From NCBI GenBank assembly GCA_937948815.1, contig CALFAM010000201.1:4176-68175 (forward strand): DNA of 64,000 nt, given 5' to 3'. Below the pieces are notes generated by a model. That model searched no databases and was not told where the DNA came from. It was given only the letters and a program-made list of their open reading frames with translations. The position numbers and the translations under genes were made by a program. Of the stretch, positions 39,567-50,826 are shown piece after piece (the stretch's first letter is position 1; the number at the start of each line of letters is the position of its first letter). This DNA is from an uncultured bacterium. Lineage in GTDB: Bacteria; Acidobacteriota; Thermoanaerobaculia; Multivoradales; J023.

Positions 39567-42005
39567 CTACTCGTTGCGCAGCACGGTTACCGGATCGAGC
39601 CTACTGGCGCGTTGTGCGGGTAGGGCGCTGGCGATCGCTGCCGAGACCAGCACCGCCAGGGTGGCGACCAGGAACGAGATCGCGTCGAATGCGCCTGCGC
39701 CAACGAGCTGGCTCTGGACCAAGCGACGAACCAGCAGCGCGGCGACCAGGCCGAGGGCACTTCCCAGCATCACGAGCTTCATGCCGTCGGCGAGCACGAG
39801 ACGTGTCACGCCGCCTCGCGTCGCGCCGATCGCGAGGCGGACGCCGATTTCTCGCGTCCGCTGGGCGACGGAGTAGGCCACCGTCCCGTGGACACCGATA
39901 CAGCACAGGAGGAGGGCCATGGTGGCGAAGGCGCTCATCAGCGCGGCGCTGAAACGGGCACGGCCCGTGCGGCTCGACACCATGGCCTGCGCCGTCGTAA
40001 ACCCGTAGAGGGGGGCGTCCGGGTCGATCGCGTGGAACGCCGTGCTCACCGCACGTGCGCTGAGCGGCCGGTCAGCGGCTGCCCGAATGGCGACCGCGAG
40101 ATTGCTTGCGCGTGCGCCCTCGATCGGTAAGTAGAGGTCTGGGTCGAGCGGTGTGCCGGGGCGGTCGATGAGCGTGCGGTACCGCACCTCATCCGCGACG
40201 CCGATGATGGCGTACCAGTCGGCTTCGTCCGCGCTGCCAGTAGGCGCACCGCCGCGAATTCGCTTCCCGACCGCGCTTTCTCCAGGCCACAGCCGCTGTG
40301 CGAGCCGCTTGCTGATTACAGCGACCCGCGCGTCTCGCCCAATCTCAGCCGCATCGAAGTCACGCCCCTGGTGGAAGGGCACACCGAGTGTCCGGAAGAA
40401 CGTCTCGTCGACACGGTGACGATAGACCCGAACCCCGCCGCCGTAGGGTGCGTCGGGCTCGGGCTGTTGGCCCTCGGCAGCGATGACCGTGGCACTGTCT
40501 TCGCCGTCGAGCGGAAGATCCGAGGCGAAGGTGACCGCTTCGACGCCTGCCAGCGCGCGAAGCGCCTCGCCAGCATCCCGAACGAGCTGCATGCGTGCCT
40601 CCGTCGAACGCTCGTCGGGTTGGTCAAAACGCAGGAACGTCAGATTGCGCTGGTCGAATCCCAGATCGACGGCACTGAGGGTGTGCAGGCTGCGCGCGAG
40701 CAGACCCGCACCGACGGCGAGCGCCAGTGCCAGTGCTACCTGGCCGACGACGAGACTGGCGCGTAGGCGCTGGGTCGGTCGATCGCTGGTTGCCGACCGT
40801 GGCCCAAGGCGAACGGACAGCCGGCGGCGCGCTGCAACGCCGATCACCGTGATCACGGTCAAGATCAGGCCTGCAACCAGCGCCGCGGCGAAAGCGAAAG
40901 CCAGCGTTTCCAGGTCGATCCGGAAGTGAACAAAGCTCGGAACCGCCATCGGCAACACCCACTGGAGGGTTTCGAGGCCCCAGAGTGCGATGACCCAGCC
41001 GAGCAAGCTACCAGCCAGGGCCACGATTCCGATCTCGGCCGCGGCATTGCGTGCCAGGCGCCAACGGCCGGCGCCGAGGGCCAAGCGAACGGCATCTTCG
41101 TGCCGGCGTGCCACCGCCCGGCAAATCAGCAGGTTGGCGAGGTTGAGGCAGGCGACCAGCATCACGATGCCAACGCAGGCAAAGAGCGCACGCGCCATGC
41201 TGCGAATCGGGCCGAGCATGGCTTCGTCGAGTCGCTCGGCCGTGGCACCGTAGCCTTGGTTCGTGCGCGGATGTTCGCTCTCCAGCCGCGCGAACAGGGT
41301 CGACAGCTCGGCACGCGCCGTGTCGAGGGAAGCCGACGGTGTCAGACGCCCAATGCCGCTGAGGAAGCGCGAGTTCCGGCGGGAGAGCGCTTGGGAGTCG
41401 GCTGTCGCGAGTGGCAGCCACAGCTCGGCGCGGTCCGAGGCGCCACGGAAATTTCTGGGCATGACGCCGACCACTTGGTAAGGGTGGTCGTCCAGTCGGA
41501 TGCTCTGGTCGATCGCGTGTGTCGGATTTCCGAATAGGCGCTCCGCGAGCGCCTCGCCGATCATGGCCGTGTCGGACTCGGTCTCTCCCTCGAGCCAGCG
41601 GCCCGTCGCAGGTTGTGATGCCAGCGTGGCGAAATAGCGATCCGAAACACGCTCGGCACGCAATCGCTCAGATTCACGATCACCGTTCGCACCGAGAATC
41701 ACCGCAGCTTCATAAAAGGCTGCGACGCTGGACAGGCTTCCGCTCTGGCGCCGTAGATCATCGAAGTCGGGAAACGAGAAGGCACGATTCTCCAAGCGGT
41801 CGCGCTGAACGGTTTCCGATAGGCGGATCAAGCGTTCCGGCCCTTCGAAGGGGAGGACGTCACGACTCAGTGCTCGGTTCAAGCTGAACATCACGCCGTT
41901 CGCACCGATACACAAAGCCAGTGTCGTAACGAGGGTGATCGACAGGGCACGCTCGCGGCGAAGTGTACGGACGGAGTAGCGGATTTCCCGAAGCCAGTCA
42001 CTCAT
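39567..42005 (-). CDS. FtsX-like ABC transporter permease, duplicated MacB-type (ADOP family)
   Basis: N-terminus MSDWLREIRYSVRTLRRERALSITLVTTLALCIGANGVMFS.. is typical of ADOP permeases. There are two FtsX 4-TM modules with large periplasmic loops. No adjacent ATPase gene. Confidence 0.75.
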   Translation of the reverse strand: MSDWLREIRYSVRTLRRERALSITLVTTLALCIGANGVMFSLNRALSRDVLPFEGPERLIRLSETVQRDRLENRAFSFPDFDDLRRQSGSLSSVAAFYEAAVILGANGDRESERLRAERVSDRYFATLASQPATGRWLEGETESDTAMIGEALAERLFGNPTHAIDQSIRLDDHPYQVVGVMPRNFRGASDRAELWLPLATADSQALSRRNSRFLSGIGRLTPSASLDTARAELSTLFARLESEHPRTNQGYGATAERLDEAMLGPIRSMARALFACVGIVMLVACLNLANLLICRAVARRHEDAVRLALGAGRWRLARNAAAEIGIVALAGSLLGWVIALWGLETLQWVLPMAVPSFVHFRIDLETLAFAFAAALVAGLILTVITVIGVAARRRLSVRLGPRSATSDRPTQRLRASLVVGQVALALALAVGAGLLARSLHTLSAVDLGFDQRNLTFLRFDQPDERSTEARMQLVRDAGEALRALAGVEAVTFASDLPLDGEDSATVIAAEGQQPEPDAPYGGGVRVYRHRVDETFFRTLGVPFHQGRDFDAAEIGRDARVAVISKRLAQRLWPGESAVGKRIRGGAPTGSADEADWYAIIGVADEVRYRTLIDRPGTPLDPDLYLPIEGARASNLAVAIRAAADRPLSARAVSTAFHAIDPDAPLYGFTTAQAMVSSRTGRARFSAALMSAFATMALLLCCIGVHGTVAYSVAQRTREIGVRLAIGATRGGVTRLVLADGMKLVMLGSALGLVAALLVRRLVQSQLVGAGAFDAISFLVATLAVLVSAAIASALPAQRASRLDPVTVLRNE

Positions 42006-42239
42006 TTGATGTTCTCCAATTGCAGCCAGGGAACGACCAAAATGCAACGTCGGTGCCAAGCATTGGTTCCGAGCTCGACCGGTTGGACCGGGCGGAGAGC
42101 GACCGTTCTTGGGACGATCGATCTCGACTGCGGGAAGCGAAATCTGTACGAGCCCAGGGGCTGCTTCCGGTGCTTCCGCGCCCTCAAGACGAGCTTGCTG
42201 TACACTGGTGGCAGACTTTGGTCGGACGAACAATTGAGC

Positions 42240-43691
42240 ATGCACCACCTTGTCATCGTTGGCGGTGGGGTCACGGGGTTATCCGCTGCCTTCTTTGCCG
42301 CACGTGAGGCGAAAGCCCGCGGTGTCGCAATGGAGACGACTGTGCTCGAAGCCAGCGACCGCCTGGGCGGCAAGATTCGCACTCGGCGGCGCGACGGATT
42401 CGTGCTGGAAGCCGGGCCGGACGCGTTTGTCGCCCACAAGCCCGCGGCGCGCGCGCTCGTCGCCGCCCTCGGCCTCGAAGGGCGTTTGATCGGCTCCAAC
42501 GATGCGTCGCGAGGTCTCTCGTTCGTACGCTCCGGGCGGCCCGTTACACTGCCCCGCGGCATGGAGATGCTCGCGCCTGCTTCACTCCGGACGCTCACGG
42601 CGTCGCCTTTGCTCAGCTGGCCGGGCAAGCTGCGTTTGCTCGCCGAGCGCTTCGTACCTCGCAGACGCGCCACCGACGACGAAAGTGTCGGCGCCTTCGT
42701 CCGCCGACGCTGCGGCCCGGAAGTCCTCGAGCGGGTCGCAGAGCCCTTGCTCTCGAGCCTGCACGTGGGTGACATCGATCGGATGAGCCTGCGCGCCGCG
42801 TGTCCACAGCTCCTCGAGCTCGAGCAACGCTTCGGGAGCTTGACGCGGGCGGCTCGTGCGCGGCGAAATGCGCAGGCCACGAAGCCATCGAATCAGTCCA
42901 TCTTTCTCAGTCTCGATACCGGCATGGCAAGCTTGGTCGAGGCCCTGTCTGCACGTGTGCCGCCCGAGTCACGGAAGGTCGGCTGCGCCGTACAACGCAT
43001 CTCCACGATCCCGGGTGCTGGTTTTCGAGTGACCACGACAGAGGGTGACCTGGCTGCCGATGCTGTAATCCTCGCCCTTCCTGCGCCAGCATCGGCACGC
43101 GTTCTGCGCCAGAGTTGCCCCGCGGCTGCCGCTGACCTCGGCACGCTGCGCACGGCCTCCTTGGCAGTCGTCTCACTCGGCTTCGCGGTTGACGACCTCG
43201 GCGCGGCCGCCCGCGCGCGGATCGATGGTTTTGGTTTCTTCGCACCGCGGCGCGAAGAGCTCTCGTTGCTTGGCGGCACCTGGAGCTCGATCAAATTCGA
43301 TCATCGAGCGCCTCCCGGGCGGCTTTTGATCCGATTGTTTATCGGTGGTGCGCACGGTGAGCACCATCTCGAACGAGACGACGAGTCGTTGGTGGCACGG
43401 GCGCGGCGTGATCTTGCAACGTTTACACACCTACACGCAGCGCCTGTGCTCACCCAAGTAGACCGTTGGCATGGCGGGTATCCGCAGTATGACATTGGCC
43501 ACGGTGAGCGAGTACGCAGCATCGAACGTGCGTGTCCAGCCGGTCTATTTCTGGCAGGAAGTGCGTTTCATGGTGTTGGTTTACCAGACTGTATTGCGAG
43601 CGGCAAACGGGCTGCAGACGATGTCACGCAGTACCTTTTGTCGTCTTGCAAGGCAGCTTCTGACCCTGTTTCCGTGTCTGCTGTCGGTTGA
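42240..43691 (+). CDS. hemY: Protoporphyrinogen/coproporphyrinogen oxidase (HemY family, FAD-dependent)
   Basis: N-terminal dinucleotide-binding motif HHLVIVGGGVTGLSAAFF, ..VLEASDRLGGKI.., ~480 aa. Confidence 0.7.
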   Translation: MHHLVIVGGGVTGLSAAFFAAREAKARGVAMETTVLEASDRLGGKIRTRRRDGFVLEAGPDAFVAHKPAARALVAALGLEGRLIGSNDASRGLSFVRSGRPVTLPRGMEMLAPASLRTLTASPLLSWPGKLRLLAERFVPRRRATDDESVGAFVRRRCGPEVLERVAEPLLSSLHVGDIDRMSLRAACPQLLELEQRFGSLTRAARARRNAQATKPSNQSIFLSLDTGMASLVEALSARVPPESRKVGCAVQRISTIPGAGFRVTTTEGDLAADAVILALPAPASARVLRQSCPAAAADLGTLRTASLAVVSLGFAVDDLGAAARARIDGFGFFAPRREELSLLGGTWSSIKFDHRAPPGRLLIRLFIGGAHGEHHLERDDESLVARARRDLATFTHLHAAPVLTQVDRWHGGYPQYDIGHGERVRSIERACPAGLFLAGSAFHGVGLPDCIASGKRAADDVTQYLLSSCKAASDPVSVSAVG

Positions 43692-43776
43692 CGTATTACG
43701 TTCACCGTGGTAGACAGAAAGGAAACTCTGCTTCCTTGAATCAACGGTGCTCGTCTCACGAGTCCGGTGGAGAGCT

Positions 43777-45189
43777 ATGGCGCACGTTGTCGCTGGAATC
43801 GACCCGATCGAGGGGCGCCCTGCCCTTATCGAGGGGGGACCTGACTTTCACGGCATCACGGAAGCCGTGGCCCGGCCGATGGAATGGAAGCCCCCGCTGG
43901 GCTGGTACATCGTGCTCGGGATCTCCCTCATGATGCTGAGTCTCCTCGGCATTTCGATCGGTTGGTTGTTTTGGGAAGGCACCGGAATCTGGGGCAACAA
44001 CATTCCGGTCGCCTGGGCCTGGCCGATTGTCAACTTCGTTTTTTGGGTCGGAATCGGTCACGCTGGAACGCTGATCTCCGCTGTGTTGTTTCTCTTTCGG
44101 CAGCGCTGGCGGACTTCGATCAATCGTGCCGCGGAAGCCATGACCATCTTTGCTGTCATGTGCGCCTTGATCTTTCCCGGGATCCATATCGGTCGCCCCT
44201 GGCTACCGTATTGGATGCTCCCCATACCCAATCAGATGGGAATGTGGCCGCAGTTCCGGAGTCCCTTGATGTGGGACGTTTTTGCGGTGTCGATCTATGG
44301 CACGGTCTCGCTGCTGTTCTGGTATCTCGGATTGGTGCCGGATCTGGCGACCATTCGCGATCGCACCAAGAGCCTCTTGGGGAAGCGCATCTATGGTGTG
44401 TTCGCCTTGGGGTGGCGCGGCTCCTTCCGCCAGTGGCTTCACTACGAAAAGGCCTACCTCTTGCTCGCCGGTCTGGCCACGCCCCTGGTGCTCTCGGTTC
44501 ATTCCGTGGTGTCTTTCGACTTCGCGACCTCTCAGCTTCCCGGCTGGCATACGACGATCTTGCCGCCCTACTTCGTGGCGGGAGCCATCTTCTCGGGGAT
44601 CGCCATGGTCATCACATTGATGGTGATCTGCCGGGTCGCTTTCAAGCTCGAGCACATCATCAATCCTCTGCACTTCGACCGTATGACCAAGCTGCTCCTG
44701 GTCACGGGCACCTTGGTCGGCTACGCCTACGCGATGGAGTTCTTCATTGCCTGGTACAGCGGCAATCTCTACGAGAAGTTCGCGTTCATCAATCGGGCGA
44801 CCGGTCCTTACGCGTGGGCCTACTGGACGATGGTGATCTGCAATGTGGTGACACCGCAGCTCTTCTGGTTCAAGAAGCTGCGCGTCCACATGGGAACCCT
44901 GTTCGTCACCTCGATCTTCATCAACATCGGCATGTGGTTCGAGCGTTTCGTGATCGTCGTGACTTCGTTGCACCGCGACTTCCTGCCTTCATCGTGGGAC
45001 TATTACCACCCCACGTTTTGGGACGTAGCAACCTTTGTCGGTAGCTTTGGACTCTTTTTGACCATGTTCTGCTTGTTCGTCCGCTTTCTGCCGATGGTGG
45101 CGATGTCCGAGGTCAAGGGCGTGCTGCCTGAGGCGCACGTTCCTGTCGAGGATCGACCCAAAGCGGCGACCGAGCTGGCAGTGACCTGA
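43777..45189 (+). CDS. actC: Alternative complex III subunit ActC (NrfD/PsrC-family quinol-interacting membrane subunit)
   Basis: Ten predicted TM helices. Conserved ActC block [42 protein letters not shown].. and ~470 aa length (longer than NrfD). Confidence 0.7.
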   Translation: MAHVVAGIDPIEGRPALIEGGPDFHGITEAVARPMEWKPPLGWYIVLGISLMMLSLLGISIGWLFWEGTGIWGNNIPVAWAWPIVNFVFWVGIGHAGTLISAVLFLFRQRWRTSINRAAEAMTIFAVMCALIFPGIHIGRPWLPYWMLPIPNQMGMWPQFRSPLMWDVFAVSIYGTVSLLFWYLGLVPDLATIRDRTKSLLGKRIYGVFALGWRGSFRQWLHYEKAYLLLAGLATPLVLSVHSVVSFDFATSQLPGWHTTILPPYFVAGAIFSGIAMVITLMVICRVAFKLEHIINPLHFDRMTKLLLVTGTLVGYAYAMEFFIAWYSGNLYEKFAFINRATGPYAWAYWTMVICNVVTPQLFWFKKLRVHMGTLFVTSIFINIGMWFERFVIVVTSLHRDFLPSSWDYYHPTFWDVATFVGSFGLFLTMFCLFVRFLPMVAMSEVKGVLPEAHVPVEDRPKAATELAVT

Positions 45190-45196
45190 GGCGTGT

Positions 45197-45844
45197 ATGG
45201 CGGAACCGACGCACAGACCCTCTAGCAGCTCTCGTGACGGTGGCGGAACGATCGCCGAAGGTGCTGCCTCAGGAGGTGGCGCCGGCGCGGGGCGCGAGGC
45301 GAGCACGGTCTTCGCCGTGCTCGCCGAATTCGAGAGCCCCAAGGCGCTGATGCACGCCTGTGCCAAGGTGCGCGACGCTGGGTACCGCGCTTGGGACGCG
45401 CATACGCCTTTCCCCATCCATGGCCTCGATCGTGCCATGGGCCTTCAGAAGTCCTGGGTGTCGGCTTTCGTCTTGATCCTCGGCCTCGGTGGCGCGGGGC
45501 TGGGCATGCTGATGCAATGGTTCGTTGCGGCCCGCGCCTATCCATTGGTGATCTCGGGCAAGCCGATGTTCAGCTGGCCCGCGTTCGTGCCGATCACCTT
45601 CGAATGTGGTGTGCTCGGCGGTGCCCTCGGAGCCATCGGGGGCTTCCTCTTTCTGTCGCGTCTGCCGCGGCACCATCATGGACTCTTCGCCTCGGCGCAT
45701 TTCGAACGAGTAACCGATGACGCGTTCTTTATCTCGATCGAAGCGGGCGACGCCGAGTTCGATGCCGCCGCCGCCGCCGCCTTCCTCGACCAGATCGGCG
45801 CCCAACGGGTCGAGACCATCTACGAATGCGGGAAGGTGGCCTGA
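45197..45844 (+). CDS. actD: Alternative complex III subunit ActD (DUF3341)
   Basis: VFAVLAEFESPKALMHACAKVRDAGYRAWDAHTPFPIHGL matches the ActD signature. Two C-terminal TM helices. Confidence 0.7.
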   Translation: MAEPTHRPSSSSRDGGGTIAEGAASGGGAGAGREASTVFAVLAEFESPKALMHACAKVRDAGYRAWDAHTPFPIHGLDRAMGLQKSWVSAFVLILGLGGAGLGMLMQWFVAARAYPLVISGKPMFSWPAFVPITFECGVLGGALGAIGGFLFLSRLPRHHHGLFASAHFERVTDDAFFISIEAGDAEFDAAAAAAFLDQIGAQRVETIYECGKVA

Positions 45845-47049
45845 TGGTGCACGGAAAGGTCACGCTGCACGAAGACGCGATCGTCGTGCCGGCCAACAGT
45901 GTCTGGCGCCGTGTGCCGCTGCTCGCTGGTGCAGTGGGCGTGCTTGCCTTGGCGATCTCTGGTGCCCTCGGCTGGCAGCAACGCGATCAGCTCATGCATT
46001 CGTATCTGGTCGCCTTCCTGTTCGGACTTAGTCTGGCGCTGGGAGGGCTGTTTTTCGTCCTCATCCAGTACGCCACGCGCGCCGGCTGGAGTGTCGTGAT
46101 TCGGCGGATCGCGGAGAACGCGATGGCGACGCTGCCGCTGTTCGCGCTCTTGTTCGTACCGATCGCGCTGTTCGGGATGGACACGCTCTATCATCATTGG
46201 TCGCACCCTGGTGATGATCCGATCTTGCTGAGCAAGCAGGCCTTCCTCAATCCCACGGGCTTCTATCTTCGCGCGGCACTCTACTTCGTGGTGTGGATCG
46301 CGGCCTCGACCTGGTTCTACCGCCGCTCGACACGTCAGGACGAAGAACGGACTGCTGCGCTGACCGGCACGATGCAGAGTGTGTCGGCACCGGTGTTGAT
46401 CCTCTTTGGGTTGACCACCACCTTTGCCGCGATCGACTGGGTCATGTCACTCGATCCGCATTGGTTCTCGACCATGTTCGGCGTCTACTTCTTCGCCGGC
46501 TGTGTGGTCTCGATCCTCTGTCTGCTGATCCTGGTGTCGTTGAGCCTGAGGCGAGGAGGCCGGCTCGACGGCGTGGTCACCGTCGACCATCTCTACGATC
46601 TCGGCAAACTACTCTTTGGATTCGTCGTCTTCTGGGCCTACATTGCTTTCTCTCAGTTCATGTTGATTTGGTACGGCAATATCCCAGAGGAGACCCTGTT
46701 CTTCGTCCATCGATGGCACCATGGTTGGGAGATCCTCTCGATCTTGCTGGCCGCGGGGCATTTCGGACTGCCGTTTCTCTTCTTGCTGCCGATGGACTTC
46801 AAGCGCAACAGCGTGACGCTGTCGCTGGCCGCGTGCTGGCTGCTCGTCATGCACTATCTCGATCTCTACTGGCTGGTCATGCCCAGCCTTCACCACGAGC
46901 ACATCCATGGCGATGTGCTCGACGTTACCTGCCTGATCGGTGTGATGGGCCTCTTCGTTGCTGTCTTCGCCCATCGCATGGTCGGCCACAAGCTAGTTCC
47001 GGTCGGAGATCCGCGACTTGCGGAGTCCGTCGCGTTCGAAAATGTTTGA
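45844..47049 (+). CDS. actF: Alternative complex III subunit ActF-like polytopic membrane protein
   Basis: ~400-aa multi-TM protein immediately after actD, start-coupled to it (TGATG). Start could alternatively be 45826. Confidence 0.6.
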   Translation: MVHGKVTLHEDAIVVPANSVWRRVPLLAGAVGVLALAISGALGWQQRDQLMHSYLVAFLFGLSLALGGLFFVLIQYATRAGWSVVIRRIAENAMATLPLFALLFVPIALFGMDTLYHHWSHPGDDPILLSKQAFLNPTGFYLRAALYFVVWIAASTWFYRRSTRQDEERTAALTGTMQSVSAPVLILFGLTTTFAAIDWVMSLDPHWFSTMFGVYFFAGCVVSILCLLILVSLSLRRGGRLDGVVTVDHLYDLGKLLFGFVVFWAYIAFSQFMLIWYGNIPEETLFFVHRWHHGWEILSILLAAGHFGLPFLFLLPMDFKRNSVTLSLAACWLLVMHYLDLYWLVMPSLHHEHIHGDVLDVTCLIGVMGLFVAVFAHRMVGHKLVPVGDPRLAESVAFENV

Positions 47050-47079
47050 GCGATGAGTCGCTGCCGAAGGAGGAATCCG

Positions 47080-47790
47080 ATGAGCTGTTACCGTACTGCT
47101 GTTCTCTTCAGCCTTCTTCTTGTCTCTGTGGGAACCGTCGCCCTCGAGGCTGGCAGCGTGGCGGGAAAGATCACCTACGAGGGTGCGATTCCGAACCTGC
47201 GACCGGTCAAGATGGACGCGGATCCCGGCTGCGTTTCCAAGCACAGCAAGCCCGTCACACCCGATATTCTGGTGCTTGATGAAAATCGGGGGATGAAGTA
47301 CATCTTCGTCCAGATCAAGAACGCGCCTGATGCGAGTGGGTCCGCGCCCACAACGCCGGTGGTGATCGATCAGGTCGGTTGTCGTTACGAGCCCCACGTT
47401 GTGGGTGTGATGGTGGGGCAACCGCTCAAGTTCAAAAATTCAGACGGCATCCTCCATAATGTGCACGGATTGCCCAAAGAGAATCCTCAGTTCAACATCG
47501 GCATGCCTCCGACCCTGAAAGAAAAGGACGTCACGCTCAACAAGCCGGAGCTGTTCGACGTCAAGTGCGACGTGCACCCTTGGATGAAGTCGTACGTGGC
47601 CGTCATGACGCATCCCTACTTCGCGGTCACCGGCGGTGACGGCACGTTCGTCATCGACGATCTCCCCGCTGGCACCTACACCGTCGAGGCGTGGCACGAG
47701 CGGCTCGGCACGCAGACCGCAGAGGTGACCGTTGGCGCCAGTGGTGCGGCAGCAGCAGATTTCACGTTCAAGGCACCGTCGCGGAACTAG
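47080..47790 (+). CDS. Blue copper protein: plastocyanin/amicyanin-like cupredoxin domain plus a C-terminal carboxypeptidase-regulatory-like beta domain
   Basis: Signal peptide MSCYRTAVLFSLLLVSVGTVALEA. LKFKNSDGILHNVHGL parallels plastocyanin 'kfkNnagfpHNivfd' (His ligand); KCDVHPWM is C-x2-H-x2-M as in amicyanin. C-terminus GDGTFVIDDLPAGTYTVEAW. RBS GAAGGAGG. Confidence 0.6.
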   Translation: MSCYRTAVLFSLLLVSVGTVALEAGSVAGKITYEGAIPNLRPVKMDADPGCVSKHSKPVTPDILVLDENRGMKYIFVQIKNAPDASGSAPTTPVVIDQVGCRYEPHVVGVMVGQPLKFKNSDGILHNVHGLPKENPQFNIGMPPTLKEKDVTLNKPELFDVKCDVHPWMKSYVAVMTHPYFAVTGGDGTFVIDDLPAGTYTVEAWHERLGTQTAEVTVGASGAAAADFTFKAPSRN

Positions 47791-47911
47791 CCAAAGGTGC
47801 GCCGGCCCGAAGGCGGACCGGTACATCGATCGAATGTCTCCACGCACCAGCGCTCCGCGCGGCCGTCGTCCAGCGATGGCGGCCGGCTCCTGACTCGGAG
47901 GAAGGAATTTC

Positions 47912-49672
47912 ATGACCGACCACGCAGGTCACGACGACGGGCACGGGCACCACGAAGAGCTCGGCTTCTGGCGCAAGTACGTCTTCTCGGTCGATCACAA
48001 GGTGATCGGCATCCAATACGCCATTACCGGCTTGCTATTTCTCTTCTTCGGCTTCTGCCTGATGATGCTGATGCGCTGGCAGCTCGCCTTTCCGGGGAGT
48101 CCACTGCCGGTCATCGGAGGCCTTCTGAGCCGCGGCATGCCGGGAGGCATCATGCTGCCGGAGTTCTACAACGAGCTCGGTGCGATGCACGGAACCATCA
48201 TGGTCTTCCTTGGGGTGGTTCCGCTCGCGGTCGGCGGCTTCGGGAACTTCGTGCTGCCGCTGCAGATCGGCGCGCCGGACATGGCGTTTCCGCGGTTGAA
48301 CATGGCGAGCTACTGGTCGTTCTTCCTCGGCGGCGCGGTCATGTTCGCCAGCTTCTTCCTTCCGCAGGGAGCCGCGCAGTCCGGTTGGACCTCGTACCCA
48401 CCCTTGTCCAACATCGCACCCAGTGGCCAGACGGCCTGGCTGATCGGGATGATCTTCTTGATCACCTCGTCCCTTCTAGGCTCGGTGAACTTCATCGTCA
48501 CGACCATCCAGTTGCGGGTCAAGGGCCTGTCGTTCTTCCGCTTGCCGTTCTTCGTCTGGTCGCAGTTCGTAACCGCCTTCCTTCTTCTGCTCGCGTTCCC
48601 GCCGCTCGAAGCTGCGGGGGTCATGCAGCTGATGGACCGACTCGCGGGCACCAGCTTCTTCATGCCCGACGGGCTGGTGGTAAGCGGCAATGCGCTGGAG
48701 GTCTCGGGCGGCGGTAGTCCCATCCTGTGGCAGCACCTGTTCTGGTTCCTGGCCCATCCTGAGGTCTACGTGCTGATTCTGCCCGCCCTCGGCATCGTGG
48801 CCGAGATCGTGGCCAACAACACGCGGAAGCCACTCTGGGGCTACAAATCGATGGTCTATGCGGTGGTCGCCCTCGGCTTCCTCTCGTTCATCGTTTGGGC
48901 GCACCACATGTTCCTCACTGGCATGGGTACGATCATGTCGGCCTTCTTCCAGACCACCACGATGATCATCTCGATTCCATCGGTGATCATCTTGACCGCC
49001 TTGATCTTGTCTCTGTGGGGCGGTTCGATTCGATTCAATACGCCGATGCTGTTCGCGTTGGCATTCCTGCCGATGTTCGGAATCGGAGGGTTGACCGGAC
49101 TTCCGCTCGGCTTGACCGCGGCCGATATCCACCTCCATGACACGTACTACGTCATCGGCCACTTCCACTATGTCGTTGCGCCCGGCACGATTTTCGCGCT
49201 CTTCGCTGGCGTCTACTACTGGTACCCGAAGGCGACTGGACGAAGAATGAGCGAGGTGCTCGGCAAGCTGCATTTCTGGCCGAGCTTCTTCTTCATGAAC
49301 GGCATTTTCTTCCCGATGCTGATTCAGGGCATGGCCGGGATGTCGCGTCGCATGTACGACGGTGGAATGACCTACGCGCACAACGAGAGCGTGCTGTGGC
49401 TCAACAAGGTGATCTCGTTCTCGGCCTGGGGGCTGGCACTGGCCCAGATCCCGTTCGTGCTCAATTTCTTCCTCAGCTTGCGCAAGCCGAAGGAGGCGGG
49501 TGCCAATCCGTGGCTGGCAACGACCATCGAGTGGGCGGCACCTTCTCCACCAGGCCATGGCAACTTTGCGGAGGTACCGGTGGCCTATCGCGGTCCCTAT
49601 GAGTACAGCGTCCCTGGTGACGCCGAGGACTACACGCCTCAATTCGACCCGGCTTCGGCCCGGACGAGCTGA
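47912..49672 (+). CDS. coxA: Cytochrome c oxidase subunit I
   Basis: Heme-copper oxidase signatures ..WFFGHPEVY-like (WFLAHPEVYVLILPALG), HHMF, and GHFHYVV; 586 aa. Confidence 0.9.
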   Translation: MTDHAGHDDGHGHHEELGFWRKYVFSVDHKVIGIQYAITGLLFLFFGFCLMMLMRWQLAFPGSPLPVIGGLLSRGMPGGIMLPEFYNELGAMHGTIMVFLGVVPLAVGGFGNFVLPLQIGAPDMAFPRLNMASYWSFFLGGAVMFASFFLPQGAAQSGWTSYPPLSNIAPSGQTAWLIGMIFLITSSLLGSVNFIVTTIQLRVKGLSFFRLPFFVWSQFVTAFLLLLAFPPLEAAGVMQLMDRLAGTSFFMPDGLVVSGNALEVSGGGSPILWQHLFWFLAHPEVYVLILPALGIVAEIVANNTRKPLWGYKSMVYAVVALGFLSFIVWAHHMFLTGMGTIMSAFFQTTTMIISIPSVIILTALILSLWGGSIRFNTPMLFALAFLPMFGIGGLTGLPLGLTAADIHLHDTYYVIGHFHYVVAPGTIFALFAGVYYWYPKATGRRMSEVLGKLHFWPSFFFMNGIFFPMLIQGMAGMSRRMYDGGMTYAHNESVLWLNKVISFSAWGLALAQIPFVLNFFLSLRKPKEAGANPWLATTIEWAAPSPPGHGNFAEVPVAYRGPYEYSVPGDAEDYTPQFDPASARTS

Positions 49673-49692
49673 GGAATCCGAGGAGTACGGTT

Positions 49693-50307
<615 letters not shown>

Positions 50308-50317
50308 GGCACGGACC

Positions 50318-50629
50318 ATGAGCGCATCACACGATCACGAGATCGATATCGACCACCATGTCAAGGTGTACATCCGGGTGTTTATCGCCCTCTTGGTCCT
50401 GACGGTCATTACGGTCGCCGTCTCCTATCTCGAGATGTCGCCGCCGGCTGCCATTGCCCTCGGACTGTTCATTGCGTCTGTCAAGGCTTCACTGGTGGCG
50501 TGCTACTTCATGCACCTCATCTCTGAGCGCAAGCTGATCGGCTACGTGCTGGTCCTGACGGTCTTGTTCTTCTTCTTCGAGTTGCTGATTCCGTTGGTAA
50601 CCGAAGGCAACAACCTCGGGATGGGCTGA
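50318..50629 (+). CDS. coxD: Cytochrome c oxidase subunit IV (prokaryotic CoxD/CtaF-type)
   Basis: ~100-aa three-TM protein immediately after coxC. Confidence 0.6.
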   Translation: MSASHDHEIDIDHHVKVYIRVFIALLVLTVITVAVSYLEMSPPAAIALGLFIASVKASLVACYFMHLISERKLIGYVLVLTVLFFFFELLIPLVTEGNNLGMG

Positions 50630-50631
50630 CC

Positions 50632-50826
50632 ATGTCGCTCAAGGCGTTTCACGTCGTCTTCGTGACCGTTGCGACCTTGCTCGCGATGGGCGTCGGTGTG
50701 TGGTGCTTGCGCATACGGGAATCGGGATACGTGCCAATCGGTATGGTGTCGATCGGCGTCGCGGTCGCCTTGGTGGTCTACGGTGTTTGGTTCTTGCGCA
50801 AGATGAAAGGAGTGAGCTACCTATGA
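50632..50826 (+). CDS. Small two-TM membrane protein (64 aa)
   Basis: Tightly packed between coxD and the next small ORF. Two hydrophobic helices. Confidence 0.4.
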   Translation: MSLKAFHVVFVTVATLLAMGVGVWCLRIRESGYVPIGMVSIGVAVALVVYGVWFLRKMKGVSYL